Assembly (NCBI RefSeq): GCF_006345805.1
Contig: NC_043011.1
Location: 52,526,464-52,590,463, forward strand
Length of the DNA: 64,000 nt
Direction of reading: 5' to 3'
DNA from: Octopus sinensis
Lineage: Eukaryota
The notes below the pieces were generated by a model. It made no database searches and was not told the origin of the DNA. It worked only from the letters and a program-made list of their open reading frames with translations. Positions 14,786 to 25,758 of the stretch are shown here, piece after piece. Position 1 is the first letter of the stretch. Every line of letters starts with the position of its first letter. The translations under genes were made by a program, and so were the position numbers.

Positions 14786-15816
14786 TATATATATATATTG
14801 TCAGACAAGAGAAGTTAGAAAATAGATGTTTTGTATATATGTATTTGTACCAATGTCTGTATATTGATGTCTCCTTGTCTTGACATTGTAGCATCACTGT
14901 CATACCAAGCAGTGTCATTCATTTCCAATAATCTGCAAAAATATTCTGGACACTAGGTAGAAAATCTGCTTCAATAAACTCTGTCTGACCCATACAAATA
15001 TGGAATGTAGTTATTAAATAATAATGATGACAACAAAAATGATAATGATGTAGGTAGGGCTTAGAAAAGAAGGGATATTGCATAATGTGGCAAAATATAA
15101 GTGTAAATAGACGAGATGGTTATAGATCTGCTTTATCAGAACTGACCTGAGTTTAAACAATAAGAAACTATTTGCTGAATTCAACAAAAAAGAAAACCTT
15201 CATTTATCAACTAAAGCAGTTCCACCACTAACCACCCCAAAAAGCTCCAATTCTGTCACACGATGGCTTTAAGCTGGGAATTTTACATACATATGTGAAA
15301 CTATTCTAATCCTAAAAATGAAGAGAAAACAAGAAAACTTGTTCACTATGTCAATCAGACCGACTTTTACACCATGCTAGAGCAGGTGTGGGAAGAAATA
15401 AAAACAAAAAAAAAAAAAAAATTAATAAATAAATTTACAAAAGGCAACTGTTGTAGGTGGAATGAAAAATGCAGTTTCTGAGTGACATGATTACTTCAAG
15501 GGTAAAGCTTTACTTTCCATATATTTTATCTATGTTCTTTCATTTTAGAATTTGTCTTTGTAAAAATTTTGATCTGAACCTGTGTGCTTAATGAAACCAA
15601 CATTGTTATATTTTGGAAGTGTTATGCTAAAGCCTGTAAACACAGGTTGTTATTTGTCTATATTCTTTCTGTATTCCATCAGTATTTCTCAACCAATTTT
15701 TACTTATTGGACCCCTTTGATTCCTATTTTACTCTGATTAACCCTTTACTTTGATATCATGGGATAATTATGAATGAGTGTCCCTATCATAATAAGCAGT
15801 GTCTCATGTTATCAAT

Positions 15817-15922
15817 GTACTAGCTACGGTGGTACATATTCTAAAATTGGAATGATACAGAGAAGATTAGCATGGCCCCTGCGCAAGGATGACACGTAAA
15901 TTCATGAAGCATTCCATATTTT
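15817..15922 (+). pseudogene. U6: Full-length U6 snRNA copy (retrocopy, head of a composite insertion)
   Basis: gtactagctacggtggtacatattctaaaattggaatgatACAGAGAagattAGCatggcccctgcgcaaggatgacacgtaaattcatgaagcattccatatttt aligns end to end with U6. ACAGAGA box, AGC triad and ISL are intact. Three CpG transitions relative to canonical U6; no clear external promoter. Confidence 0.93.
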
Positions 15923-16360
15923 CTAGGTAGTGGGTAGCGATTTTCTTCACTACTTCATGGAGTGTCGACCCTACCTGGCGCGAGTCCCAGGCTCAGCTGG
16001 CTCTGGCTGACAGTACCTAGTATGGGCCCCTATCCAGGGTTACGGAAAGGAGACAACCTTCAAAAAAATCCGGTGTGGAGCCCCTTAGGCAGTTTAGTGT
16101 TCGACTCAACACTCTTCTGGCAGCTCCTGCAACCAAGCTGGTGCCAAATGTAATGCTCTGCACTCCTTTGGACTACGTCAGCAAGGTCAAGAGAGGAATC
16201 CTGACGATTGGGCTACCCAGGATTTTCTTACATCTAGCCGAGGCCTGTGCAAAACTGGGGAGGGAAATGGAGAGGACATGAAGTGTAAAAACTAGACTGG
16301 ATTAGTTTATGCGCAACTCCATTGTCTTTTGAGACAAAAGGATGCCAACAACAACAACAA
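15817..16360 (+). mobile_element. Composite retroposon: U6 head + GC-richer RTE-like body + (AAC)n tail, with 12-bp degenerate TSD
   Basis: catgttatcaat (15805-15816) and catgtttccaat (16361-16372) flank it with 10/12 identity; tail aacaacaacaacaa at 16347-16360; removing it rejoins an older SINE body. RTE affinity of the body is from memory, not a search. Confidence 0.75.
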
Positions 16361-16966
16361 CATGTTTCCAATCTTCTATGGAAACATATCTGACAATGAG
16401 TAAATATTTCTTTGCTTTGGAAGCAGGTGAAGATTGTTGACAGGAAGGACATCTAACCATAGAAAATCTGATTTTAATGAATTCCATCTGACCCATGCAG
16501 GCATGGAAAGTGGATGTTAAAATACATTGAGGAACATGCAATACCCTATATATATACTGATGAGTTGAGTCTAACCTATATATAGCTTGGAAGCTCCTCG
16601 TTAAAATATTACACTAGAAGCTCTCACAAAAATTATATAACATATACACCATTTAATTATTATAAGGCCCCTGTGGATTATGAAGCACTAAGCTATATTT
16701 AGCTTGTTTAGCTTAGGTTTAAATCTGGCACTGTGAGCATGTTGAGCAGTTCTTTTTGGTTTGGAGCAATTAAATTCTTCAACCAAAGTTTCTTTCTATG
16801 TTATTTTGAGATTGGAAAGAATGTTTCTCTCTCTTTCTCGTCTTTTGCTTCCCTTTCTCTTTCTCATTTCTTTTTCTTCTCTCTCTTTCTCTCTCCCATT
16901 CTCTATGTCTTTCTCATTTCTCCTATTTCTCTCTCTTTTTTGTTTTCTATTTGACTTCTCTTTCTC

Positions 16967-17066
16967 NNNNNNNNNNNNNNNNNNNNNNNNNNNNNNNNNN
17001 NNNNNNNNNNNNNNNNNNNNNNNNNNNNNNNNNNNNNNNNNNNNNNNNNNNNNNNNNNNNNNNNNN
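16967..17066. other. Assembly gap (100 N)
   Basis: Run of exactly 100 N; true size and contiguity across it are unknown. Confidence 0.99.
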
Positions 17067-17367
17067 GACCTCTGTCAGGTTCACATGAGGAACGTTCTCA
17101 TTTTCCCTCTCATTTTTCACATTAAGTAGCACTTTCATGCCACTTTTTTTTTTTTCAGAATCACTAAGTGCAAGTATACCATTATCCTTCTGTACACACT
17201 TCTTTCCCACAACATCATGGTCTTTGATATACACTGTCTTGTTGTTTGGAACGCCTCTTACTTTTGGTCCTCAGATGGAAAAACATTAGCAAACCTCTTT
17301 TTTTTTTTTCTGTTTCTCCTCTTGCTAAATAGGTCAGTCTCTTAGTTTCTCTTCTAGCTATCTCATA

Positions 17368-17774
17368 TCTTTTATCTTTTACTTGTTTCAGTCATTTGAC
17401 TGCGGCCATGCTGGAGCACCGCCTTTAGTCGAGCAAATCGACCCCGGGACTTATTCTTTGTAAGCCCAGTACTTATTCTATTGGTCTCTTTTGCCGAACC
17501 GAACCCTAAGTGACGGGAGGTAACACACCAGCATCGGTTGTCAAGCAATGCTAGGGGACAAACACAGACACACAAACACACACACACACACATATATATA
17601 TATACATATATACGACAGGCTTCTTTCAGTTTCCGTCTACCAAATCCACTCCAAAGCATTGTCGGCCCGGGGCTATAGCAGAGACACACTTGCCCAAGAT
17701 GCCACGCAGTGGGCTGAACCCGGAGCCATGTGGTTGGTTAGCAAGCTACTCACCACGCAGCCACTCCTGCACCT
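17368..17774 (-). mobile_element. SINE family A
   Basis: Full-length reverse-complement copy. Confidence 0.85.
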
Positions 17775-18749
17775 ATATAGTTTGCTTTATTTACATTCTC
17801 GGTTCAGATCTGTCAAAGCCAGCATTTGTCTTTTATCATACTGATGGTCGATAAAATAAAAAGTAACAGTCCTGCTATACTTCCATAAGAGACGTAATGC
17901 ACACTGCAGACTTACATATGCATGGATAATTTAACAGTAAGCAAGTTTGCTGCTTCTAACGAAGGAATGCCTCACATTTTCCACAATATTTCTAGCCCCA
18001 AATGGCTTAATCTTTATATTTTATATCTAGCACTATGTCTTTCTCTATTTCTAAGTTAAGGGTAAAAATAAGGCAACCATACAAAACACAGCTGATCTTT
18101 ACACATAGAGTAACAGCAATCAAATAATGAAAGCAGAGTGCACAACAAACATCACCGATCTGACTGCCACCTGTACTCTTGACAAGAGATGTTAGTCCTT
18201 TTCACCTACCAGGCTCATTTATATCAGCCCAAGTTGCTAGATAATTTTTCGTTCCTTTAAGAATATTGTAGAACAGAAACTTTTCATAGATTGGAATTTA
18301 AATAAACTAATCTCTATAGAAATCTATTGTTTCAAGAAAGCATTGAATTACTTCTAATTTTTTACGATTATAGATAACAACTTGGGCTGTAACTTCTGAG
18401 CCTGAGTCGGGCATGTGTGAATGATGTCAAGAGAATGTCTGCTACGAATAATATTTTTTGACACAAGGCACCTCTAAGACAACCACCAGATGTTGAAGGA
18501 AATTAAATGAACTGCGACCAGGCTCAATAAAAGAAGCCTGAGATATTGACTGCAATTACATACTTGAAGTCAGTGTTGGCAGAAATTAAATCAGCTTGCA
18601 AATACACATTCACTTTACTAAATTTATGCTCGGGTTAAGCCCTAACAGCCCTAGTACCGGAGTCACCACTGAGATGTCTGGCATTCGCCATGATAGATCG
18701 CTAGCCACTACACATTCTTTATTTTCTCTCCTTGTTTCTTTCTGTGTTC

Positions 18750-18785
18750 CTTTCTGTGGAAGAGCATAGGCTCGAAATGTTAAAA
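18750..18785 (+). ncRNA. Degenerate minimal hammerhead-like motif
   Basis: cttt CTGTGGA a GAG catagg CTC GAAA tg TT / aaaa; core A6 replaced by U. Confidence 0.4.
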
Positions 18786-18894
18786 ACGTTTTCACTTCCC
18801 GAGCATTATACTAATACATCTATTTGTTGTCTACACCACCTGTCTTCATCTTTTGTTTTTTTGCGAATTCTCCACCTATATTCATATATATATA

Positions 18895-21033
18895 TGGCCG
18901 TTCGCCAGCCGCACCTGGCACCTGTGTCGGTGGCACATAAAAACACCATCCAAAGACCCGGCGACGTAGTCAGTCCACCTGTGCATACCTTCCCTCTTAC
19001 GACACTTGTGAAGACCTGTTGAGGCAGAGGCAAGTGTGTGACACTTTGTGAAGACCTGTTGAGGCAGAGGCAAGTGTTGTAACACTTGTGGAGACCTGTT
19101 GAGGCAAGTGTGGGACACGCGTGACACTTGTGGAAGACCTGTTGAGGCAAGTGAAAATCAAATCAAACCAAATCAAAATAGATGAACATCAATGGAATTT
19201 GTATCTTTGTGGTTCCAGTACCGGTGGCACACAAGAAAACCATCCGATCGTGGCCGTTCGCCAGCCACATCTGGCACCTGTGTCGGTGGCACATAAAGAC
19301 ACCATCCGAAGACCCGGCGACGTAGACAGTCCACCTGTGATACCTTCCTTCTTGTGACACTGTGAAGACCTGTTGAGGCAAGTGAAAATCAAATCAAATC
19401 AAGTCAAACAAAATCAAAAATAGATGAACATCAGTGGAATTGTATTCTTTGTGGTACCAGTGCCGGTGGCACACAAGAAAACCACCCAAACGTGGCCGTA
19501 ACCAGTACCGCATCGACTGGCCTCCGTGCTGTGGGCACAACAAACACCATCCGATCGTGGCCGTTCGCCAGCCTCATCTGGCACCTGTGCCGGTGGCACA
19601 TAAAGACACCATCCGAAGAACCGGCGACGTAGTCAGTCCACCTGTGCATACCTTCCCCTTATGACACTTGTGAAGACCTGTTGAGGCAAGTGTGTGACAC
19701 TTGTGAAGACCTGTTGAGGCAGAGGCAAGTGTGTGACACTTGTGGAGACCTGTTGAGGCAAGTGTGTGACCCTTGTGAAGACCTGCTGAGGCAAGTGAAA
19801 ATCAAACACAAATCAAAATAGATGAATATCAATGGAATTTGTATCTTGTGGTTCCAGTACCGGTGGCACACAAGAAAACCATCCGAGCGTGGCCGTAGTA
19901 GGTACCGCATCGACTGGCCTCCGTGCTGTGGGCACAACAAACACCATCTGATCGTGGCCGTTCGCCAGCCTCACCTGGCACCTGTGTCGGTGGCAATAAA
20001 AACACCATCCAAAGACCCGGCGACGTAGTCAGTCCACCTGTGCATACCTTCCCTCTTACGACACTTGTGAAGACCTTTGAGGCAGAGGCAAGTGTGTGAC
20101 ACTTTGTGAAGACCTGTTGAGGCAGAGGCAAGTGTGTAACACTTGTGGAGACCTGTTGAGGCAAGAGTGTGACACGCGTGACAATTGTGAAGCCTGTTGA
20201 GGCAAGTGAAAATCAAACCAAATCAAAATAGATGAACATCAATGGAATTTGTATTTGTGGTCCAGTACGGTGGCACACAAGAAAACCATCCGATCGTGGC
20301 CGTTCGCCAGCCACATCTGGCACCTGTGTCGGTGGACATAAAGACACCATCCGAAGACCCGGCGACGTAGACAGTCCACCTGTGCATACCTTCCTTCTTG
20401 TGACACTTGTGAAGACCTGTTGAGGCAAGTAAAAATCAAATCAAATCAAATCAAGTCAAAACAAATCAAAATAGATGAACATAAATGGAATTTGTATCTT
20501 TGTGGTACCAGTGCCGGTGGCACACAAGAAAATCATCCGAACGTGGCCGTAGCCAGTACCGCATAGACTGGCCTCCGTGCTTTGGGGACGTAACAAACAC
20601 CATCCATCGTGGCCGTCCGCCAGCCTCATCTGGCACCTGTGTCGGTGGCACATAAACAACACCATCCGAGCGTGGCCGTCTGCCAGCCTCGTCTGGCACC
20701 TGCCAGCCTCATCTGGCACCTGTGGTCGGTGGCACATAAAAACACCATCCGAGCGTGGCCGTCTGCCAGCCTCGTCTGGCACCTGTGTCGGTGGCACATA
20801 AAAACACCATCCGAGCGTGGCCGTCGCCAGCCTCGTCTGGCAATGTGTCGGTGGCACATAAAATCACCCACTACACTCTCGGAGTGGTTGGCGTTAGGAA
20901 GGGCATCCAGCTGTAGAAACACTGCCAGATCTGACTGGCCTGGTGCAGCCTTCGGGCTCCCCAGACCCCAGTTGAACCGTCCAACCCATGCTAGCATGGA
21001 AAACGGACGCAAAATGATGATGATGATGATGAT
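18895..21033 (+). repeat. Nested tandem array derived from an RTE 3' UTR, ending in the RTE tail and (GAT)n
   Basis: Units of ~30 bp (gaagacctgttgaggcaagtg), ~60 bp (ccatccga.cgtggccg...ggtggcacata) and 230-410 bp; the same motifs follow the RTE stop codon at 31096-31610. Confidence 0.88.
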
Positions 21034-21038
21034 ACATA

Positions 21039-21232
21039 CAAGGGGCTGTTGAAAAGTTCCTGGCTTAAAGGGTATTGCAAAAGGCCTGGTTAGAGGCCCA
21101 ACCTTCCAAGTTCTTTTATAGAGCTTAGAAAAACTGAAGGACCACTGCAATAAGTATGTGAATAGAATCACAATTAACCGATCCTCCTGTATTTCTTTTA
21201 CACAAAGCCAGAAACTTTTCAAGACCCCCTTG
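21039..21232. mobile_element. Mariner-type MITE, 194 bp
   Basis: TA caagggg..ttgaaaagtt(c/t)ctggctt TIRs; an inverted relative lies at 26119-26380. Confidence 0.8.
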
Positions 21233-21533
21233 TACATGCATATGTGTCTTTCTGTCTGGATTTATCCCCCACCACCACTTGACAACGGGTGTTGGTGTGT
21301 TTATGTCCCCATAACTTATCAGTTCAGCAAAAGTGACTGACAGAATAAGTACCTGGCTTCAAAAAAAAAATGATAATTCCTGGGGGTCAAGTCATTTGGC
21401 TATAAATTCTTGAAAGTGGTGCCTTAGCATGGCCACAGTCTAATGGCTGAAACAAGTAAAAAAAAAATTTTTTTTAAAAAAGGAAGAAAAAGAAAAATAC
21501 TTATGTTAGAAACATATATTTGTTTAATCCACA

Positions 21534-21948
21534 TACTCTTTTACTCTTTTACTTGTTTCAGTCATTTGACTGCAGCCATGCTGGAGCACCACCTTTAGTC
21601 GAGCAAATCGACCCCGGGACTTATTCTTTGGAAGCCCAGTACTTATTCTATCAGTCTCTTTTTGTCGAACCGCTAAGTGACGGGGACGTAAACACACCAG
21701 CATCGGTTGTCAAGCAATGCTAGGGGGACAAACACAGACACACGAAGATACACACATATATATATATATATATACACATATATACGACGGGCTTCTTTCA
21801 GTTTCCGTCTACCAAATCCACTCACAAGGCTTTGGTCGGCCCGAGGCTATAGCAGAAGACACTTGCCCAAGATGCCACGCAGTGGGACTGAACCCGGAAC
21901 CATGTGGCTTGTAAGTAAGCTACTTACCACACAGCCACTCCTGCGCCT
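21534..21948 (-). mobile_element. SINE family A
   Basis: Full-length reverse-complement copy, CpGs largely intact. Confidence 0.85.
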
Positions 21949-22729
21949 AAACTTTTCTTATTTTTATCCTCTTTCCGCATCTCTGCTCTTTCATTTATTT
22001 TTGTTTTTACTTCAAATTACCTCTTAGTAATGAAGACACACCCTACTAGCCAACAAATTACTTAATTTGACAGATAGTTAATATATTTTATGAATTAATT
22101 AATCGAATATTTTCTTTCCAGTAATTTTACTTTTACTTATCATATGCTGATGATGATGATGATGATGATAGTGATGTTTTTTTTCTTTCTGGTTCGTGGC
22201 AGGGAATATCTCCTTGACAACCACAACTTGGCTAAATACGTGGGTGTGTGTAAGTGTGTGTTGTGGTTAAACAGACAGTTGTATGTATCTGACTGAGTGA
22301 GTAAATACATAATGACGGTGATGGTAATGGTAATGGTGTTGGTGCTGGTGGTATCAGTTGTCTGGTGTTGGCATACCAACACTTAACCATAATTTATTCA
22401 TATTCTATTACACACACACACACACCACACACACACACACAAATATGCACATACACACACACACACAAGCATCTTTTGAACATTCTCTTTCTAGTTGGGA
22501 TAGTCATCATGGACTAAGTTCTTATTCAGAGTTACTATATATAGGCTCGGGGCTATAATAGAAAACACTTGTCCAAGGTGCCACACAGTGGGACTGAACC
22601 TGAAACCTCATAGTTAGGAATGTGTGTGCATACTATTGTGTTTCTGTATGTATATGAGTGTATGTGTATGTGTGTGTGTGTTTTATATATATATATATAC
22701 ATAGTGTGTGTGTGTGTTTGCCTCAGCTA

Positions 22730-23112
22730 TACTCTTTACTCTCTCTTTTACTTGTTTCAGTCATTTGACTGTGGCCATGCTGGAGCACCGTCTTTAGTCA
22801 AGCAAATCGACCCCAGGACTTATTCTTTGGAAACCTAGTACTTATTCTATCGGTCACTTTTGCCAAACTGCTAAGTTACGGGGTTGTCAAGCAATGTTGG
22901 GGGACAAACAAAGACACACATACATATATATATATATATACATATATACGACAAGCTTCTTTCTGTTTCTGTCTACCAAATCCACTATCAAGACTTTGGT
23001 CGGCCCGAAGCTATAGTAGAAGACACTTGCACAAGGTGCCACGCAGTGGAAATGAACCCGGAACCATGTGGTTGGTAAGCAAGCTACTTACCACACAGCC
23101 ACTCCTGCGCCT
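22730..23112 (-). mobile_element. SINE family A with a small internal deletion
   Basis: Reverse-complement copy lacking the acgtaaacacaccagcatc segment. Confidence 0.85.
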
Positions 23113-24756
23113 ATCTGAAATATTTGAGGATCTTTTGTAATGTCAAATTATTTTTATAACTATTGTTGTTGTTTAGACCCCCCCCCCCGGGGTCAGCACA
23201 TAATTAGGGACTTCTGATTGAAGACATTCCAGTTGTGATCATCCTTGTTTTTTTTTTTCAGACAATTTGCCTTGTATGACTTTATCAAAAATGTACCTCC
23301 TTAGTCTAAGATAATAGACTAGTGCTACTCAAAGTGGTGGTCTGTGGACCGGTGCCAATCCACAAACTTTCAGCTGCTGGTACGCAGTGAGTTTCCAGAA
23401 GAGAAAGAAATATTATAAAATGCTTATGTAATATTTGTATTATTTGTTTACAAAATAAATATGAGATAAAACAAATTGTCAACTTTTATTATATTTATTA
23501 TATATATCGTTTCCAGTATAATTTAATATTACTAAGAAATATTACCGGTCCCTGGCCCATTGGAGAAAAAAACTGTTTGGTACAATTTCATACCTTGATA
23601 TTTATTTACAGTTAGGTGGACTATGCAGGGGTATTGTACCTGTTTACAGTTTGGTAGAACTGTTGTTTCATGTCATGGTACATATTGATAATGTGGTATA
23701 GAATGCAAGTGGACTTCTCTATGACATTTGTTTACATAATGGTACTTGTCTGCACTTAGGGAAAAACTGTAGGACCCAGTGGTACCTGTCTAAAGTTAGT
23801 TACTTGTGAATATTAAATGTCTTGGTCAAGAATATGGTGCAGTGCAGGTGACGGGATTTTAACCAATTGCTTAACCATTGAGATGGTATGCTGATGCTCT
23901 AACAAACATAACTAGTTGCTTAACAAAACATGACCGTAATCCTGAACATTTAATTAGTGATTCATTTATCAGTACTTCAGCAAGTATAGTTGATGCTGTT
24001 TTACTAATGAGATCAGAACAAGACTGAAACATGTCTCACTTTCTAGAAAACAAAATTTTTTTTTGTAACATTAACAAAAGGCTATGTATTTTTTGGTGTT
24101 GGGATTGGAGAGAGAGCATAGCCTATTAAATTGACTATTATAGTTCATGGTAAAGGTAAAGATTTTTGTTTGATTTTTTTAACGTTTGTGAGAGGTTTGA
24201 ACTTGTGAGCTTACCCATGAGACACAGGACTTATTTATACTATAGGCAAGGGGACTGGCTCACATGACATAAGAACATGCCCGTACATTGGTGTGCCTGT
24301 TGGGACATGTCTAAAGGCCAGCTCTTCACCTAGTCTTCTGTGCCTTAGCTACAACCCTTCACAGGTACCACACTCCAAGTCAGAGTATCCCTGAAGCAGT
24401 GGTAACTAAGGGGTAATTCCATACCCCTTAAAACTCCTGAACTCCTGGGTTGGAGCTTCACCACCAAATGCAATCTAATGTCTTATCTAGGATACATGTA
24501 TATTTAACCTTTTAACACTCAGATTACTGTCAAATGTAATTCTTATCTATCAAAATTGCTTTGAATAAATCATGCATTATCTTGTAGCCTCACTATTACA
24601 ATGATGTAATTCTCTTTTTAGAATGACATTGTAAGGCAGGTGCAAGAGGCTGGATATGGCTGACTTAACCCTTTAGCATTCAGATTACTCAATTAAATGT
24701 ATTGCTTATTCATTCACATTAAATAAAAATAAATGTGCCCTTTTAAAGCCTAGCCA

Positions 24757-24970
24757 CGTTCTATAACAGCATCCTCTCTCTCCATACACTGCACATATCT
24801 TCCTGCAGATTTCCACCATTTTCTCTCCTATTACAAAAGGCAAGATAAGAAAGCATGAGGTTTTGGTAATGTTCATTTTGGTTCTCCATTTCCAGAGTGA
24901 TCCCAAGCACGCAAAATACAACCTTTCTTATTGTAAGTTCATCTTTAACTGGAATTTTTAGCCAACTCAG
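24757..24970 (-). mobile_element. Mariner transposase 5' fragment
   Basis: MENQNEHYQNLMLSY...ICRKICAVYGE resembles the mariner N-terminus; homologous to 35470-35747. Confidence 0.7.
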
Positions 24971-25020
<50 letters not shown>

Positions 25021-25025
<5 letters not shown>

Positions 25026-25269
25026 CCTTTTAAAGCCTAGCCAGGCTCATGGGCCTGGTTTCCCAGTTTCTATGGCGTATGTGTTCCCCAGCTGGACGGG
25101 ACGCCAGTCCATCGCAGCATTATTCATTTTTACCAGCTGAGTGAACTGGAGCAACGTGAAATGAAGTGTTTTGCTCAAGAACACAATGTGTTGCCCGGTC
25201 CAGGAATCGAAACCACAATCTTACGATCATGATGCTGACACCTTAACCACTAAGCCATACGCCTCCACA
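25021..25269 (-). mobile_element. tRNA-derived SINE, family D
   Basis: Minus-strand head tggcttagtggttaaggtgtcagcatcatgatcgtaagattgtggtttcgattcctgg; second copy at ~35864-36112. Confidence 0.8.
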
Positions 25270-25557
25270 ATTTCATTCACATTACTTTTAATTAATCATG
25301 CATTATCTTACAGTTTCAAGATTTTGATGATGTGACAGCTTATATCTTAGAATGACATTGTAGGATCGGTGTAAGAGACCAGACCTGGCCAGTTTGAATG
25401 TAACACGGGTAGAATATTTTGGGCTGGATATGGCCAGTTTAAATACTAGAGGGTCAATTTAATTTAACCTTATTTCTTGCCACAATGCTGGTGACTGAGT
25501 GTAAACTTTTGACTCTTTGATTAGTAAACTGAGGAGATTTAGAACCCCCCCCCCCAA

Positions 25558-25595
<38 letters not shown>

Positions 25596-25651
25596 AGACA
25601 GTGAATTAAATTGACCTTCTTTGTTTTCTCTTTTACTCTTTCAGTGGAGCC

Positions 25652-25758
25652 ATGTCTATGTTAGCAAATGGTGTATGTGCAAGATGTGGAGAAGGATTCC
25701 AGTTAAAAGACCAGATTGTCAACTCAAATGATCAATCTTGGCATCCAGAATGCTTTGT
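25652..25758 (+). CDS. PINCH: PINCH/LIMS coding exon 1 (MSMLANGVCARCGEGFQLKDQIVNSNDQSWHPECFV); exon begins at 25645 after acceptor AG 25643-25644
   Basis: Translation matches the start of PINCH LIM1 (human LIMS1 [28 protein letters not shown]). Polypyrimidine tract plus tcag acceptor 7 nt before ATG; donor gtaagt at 25759 (phase 2). Confidence 0.95.

Noticed and set aside
15817-15922. Functional U6 snRNA gene
   Set aside because: Upstream sequence is an old SINE body with no clear TATA or PSE, there are three CpG-decay changes, and a TSD encloses U6 together with the downstream body.
15923-16030. HDV-like or twister ribozyme right after U6 (GGTAGTG/CACTACT stem with a G-U first pair; gagtcccaggctc resembling twister L4)
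   Set aside because: Only ~15 nt lie between the stem strands, too few for P2-P3-L3, and the twister UAA and GAGGG elements are absent. An Infernal search would settle it.
16555-16600. CTGATGA hexamer suggesting another hammerhead (also at ~28074)
   Set aside because: No stem II followed by GAAA and no stem I pairing.
18895-21033. CRISPR-like repeat-spacer array
   Set aside because: The intervening blocks are themselves repeated, there are no unique spacers or cas genes, the context is eukaryotic, and the motifs trace to an RTE 3' UTR.
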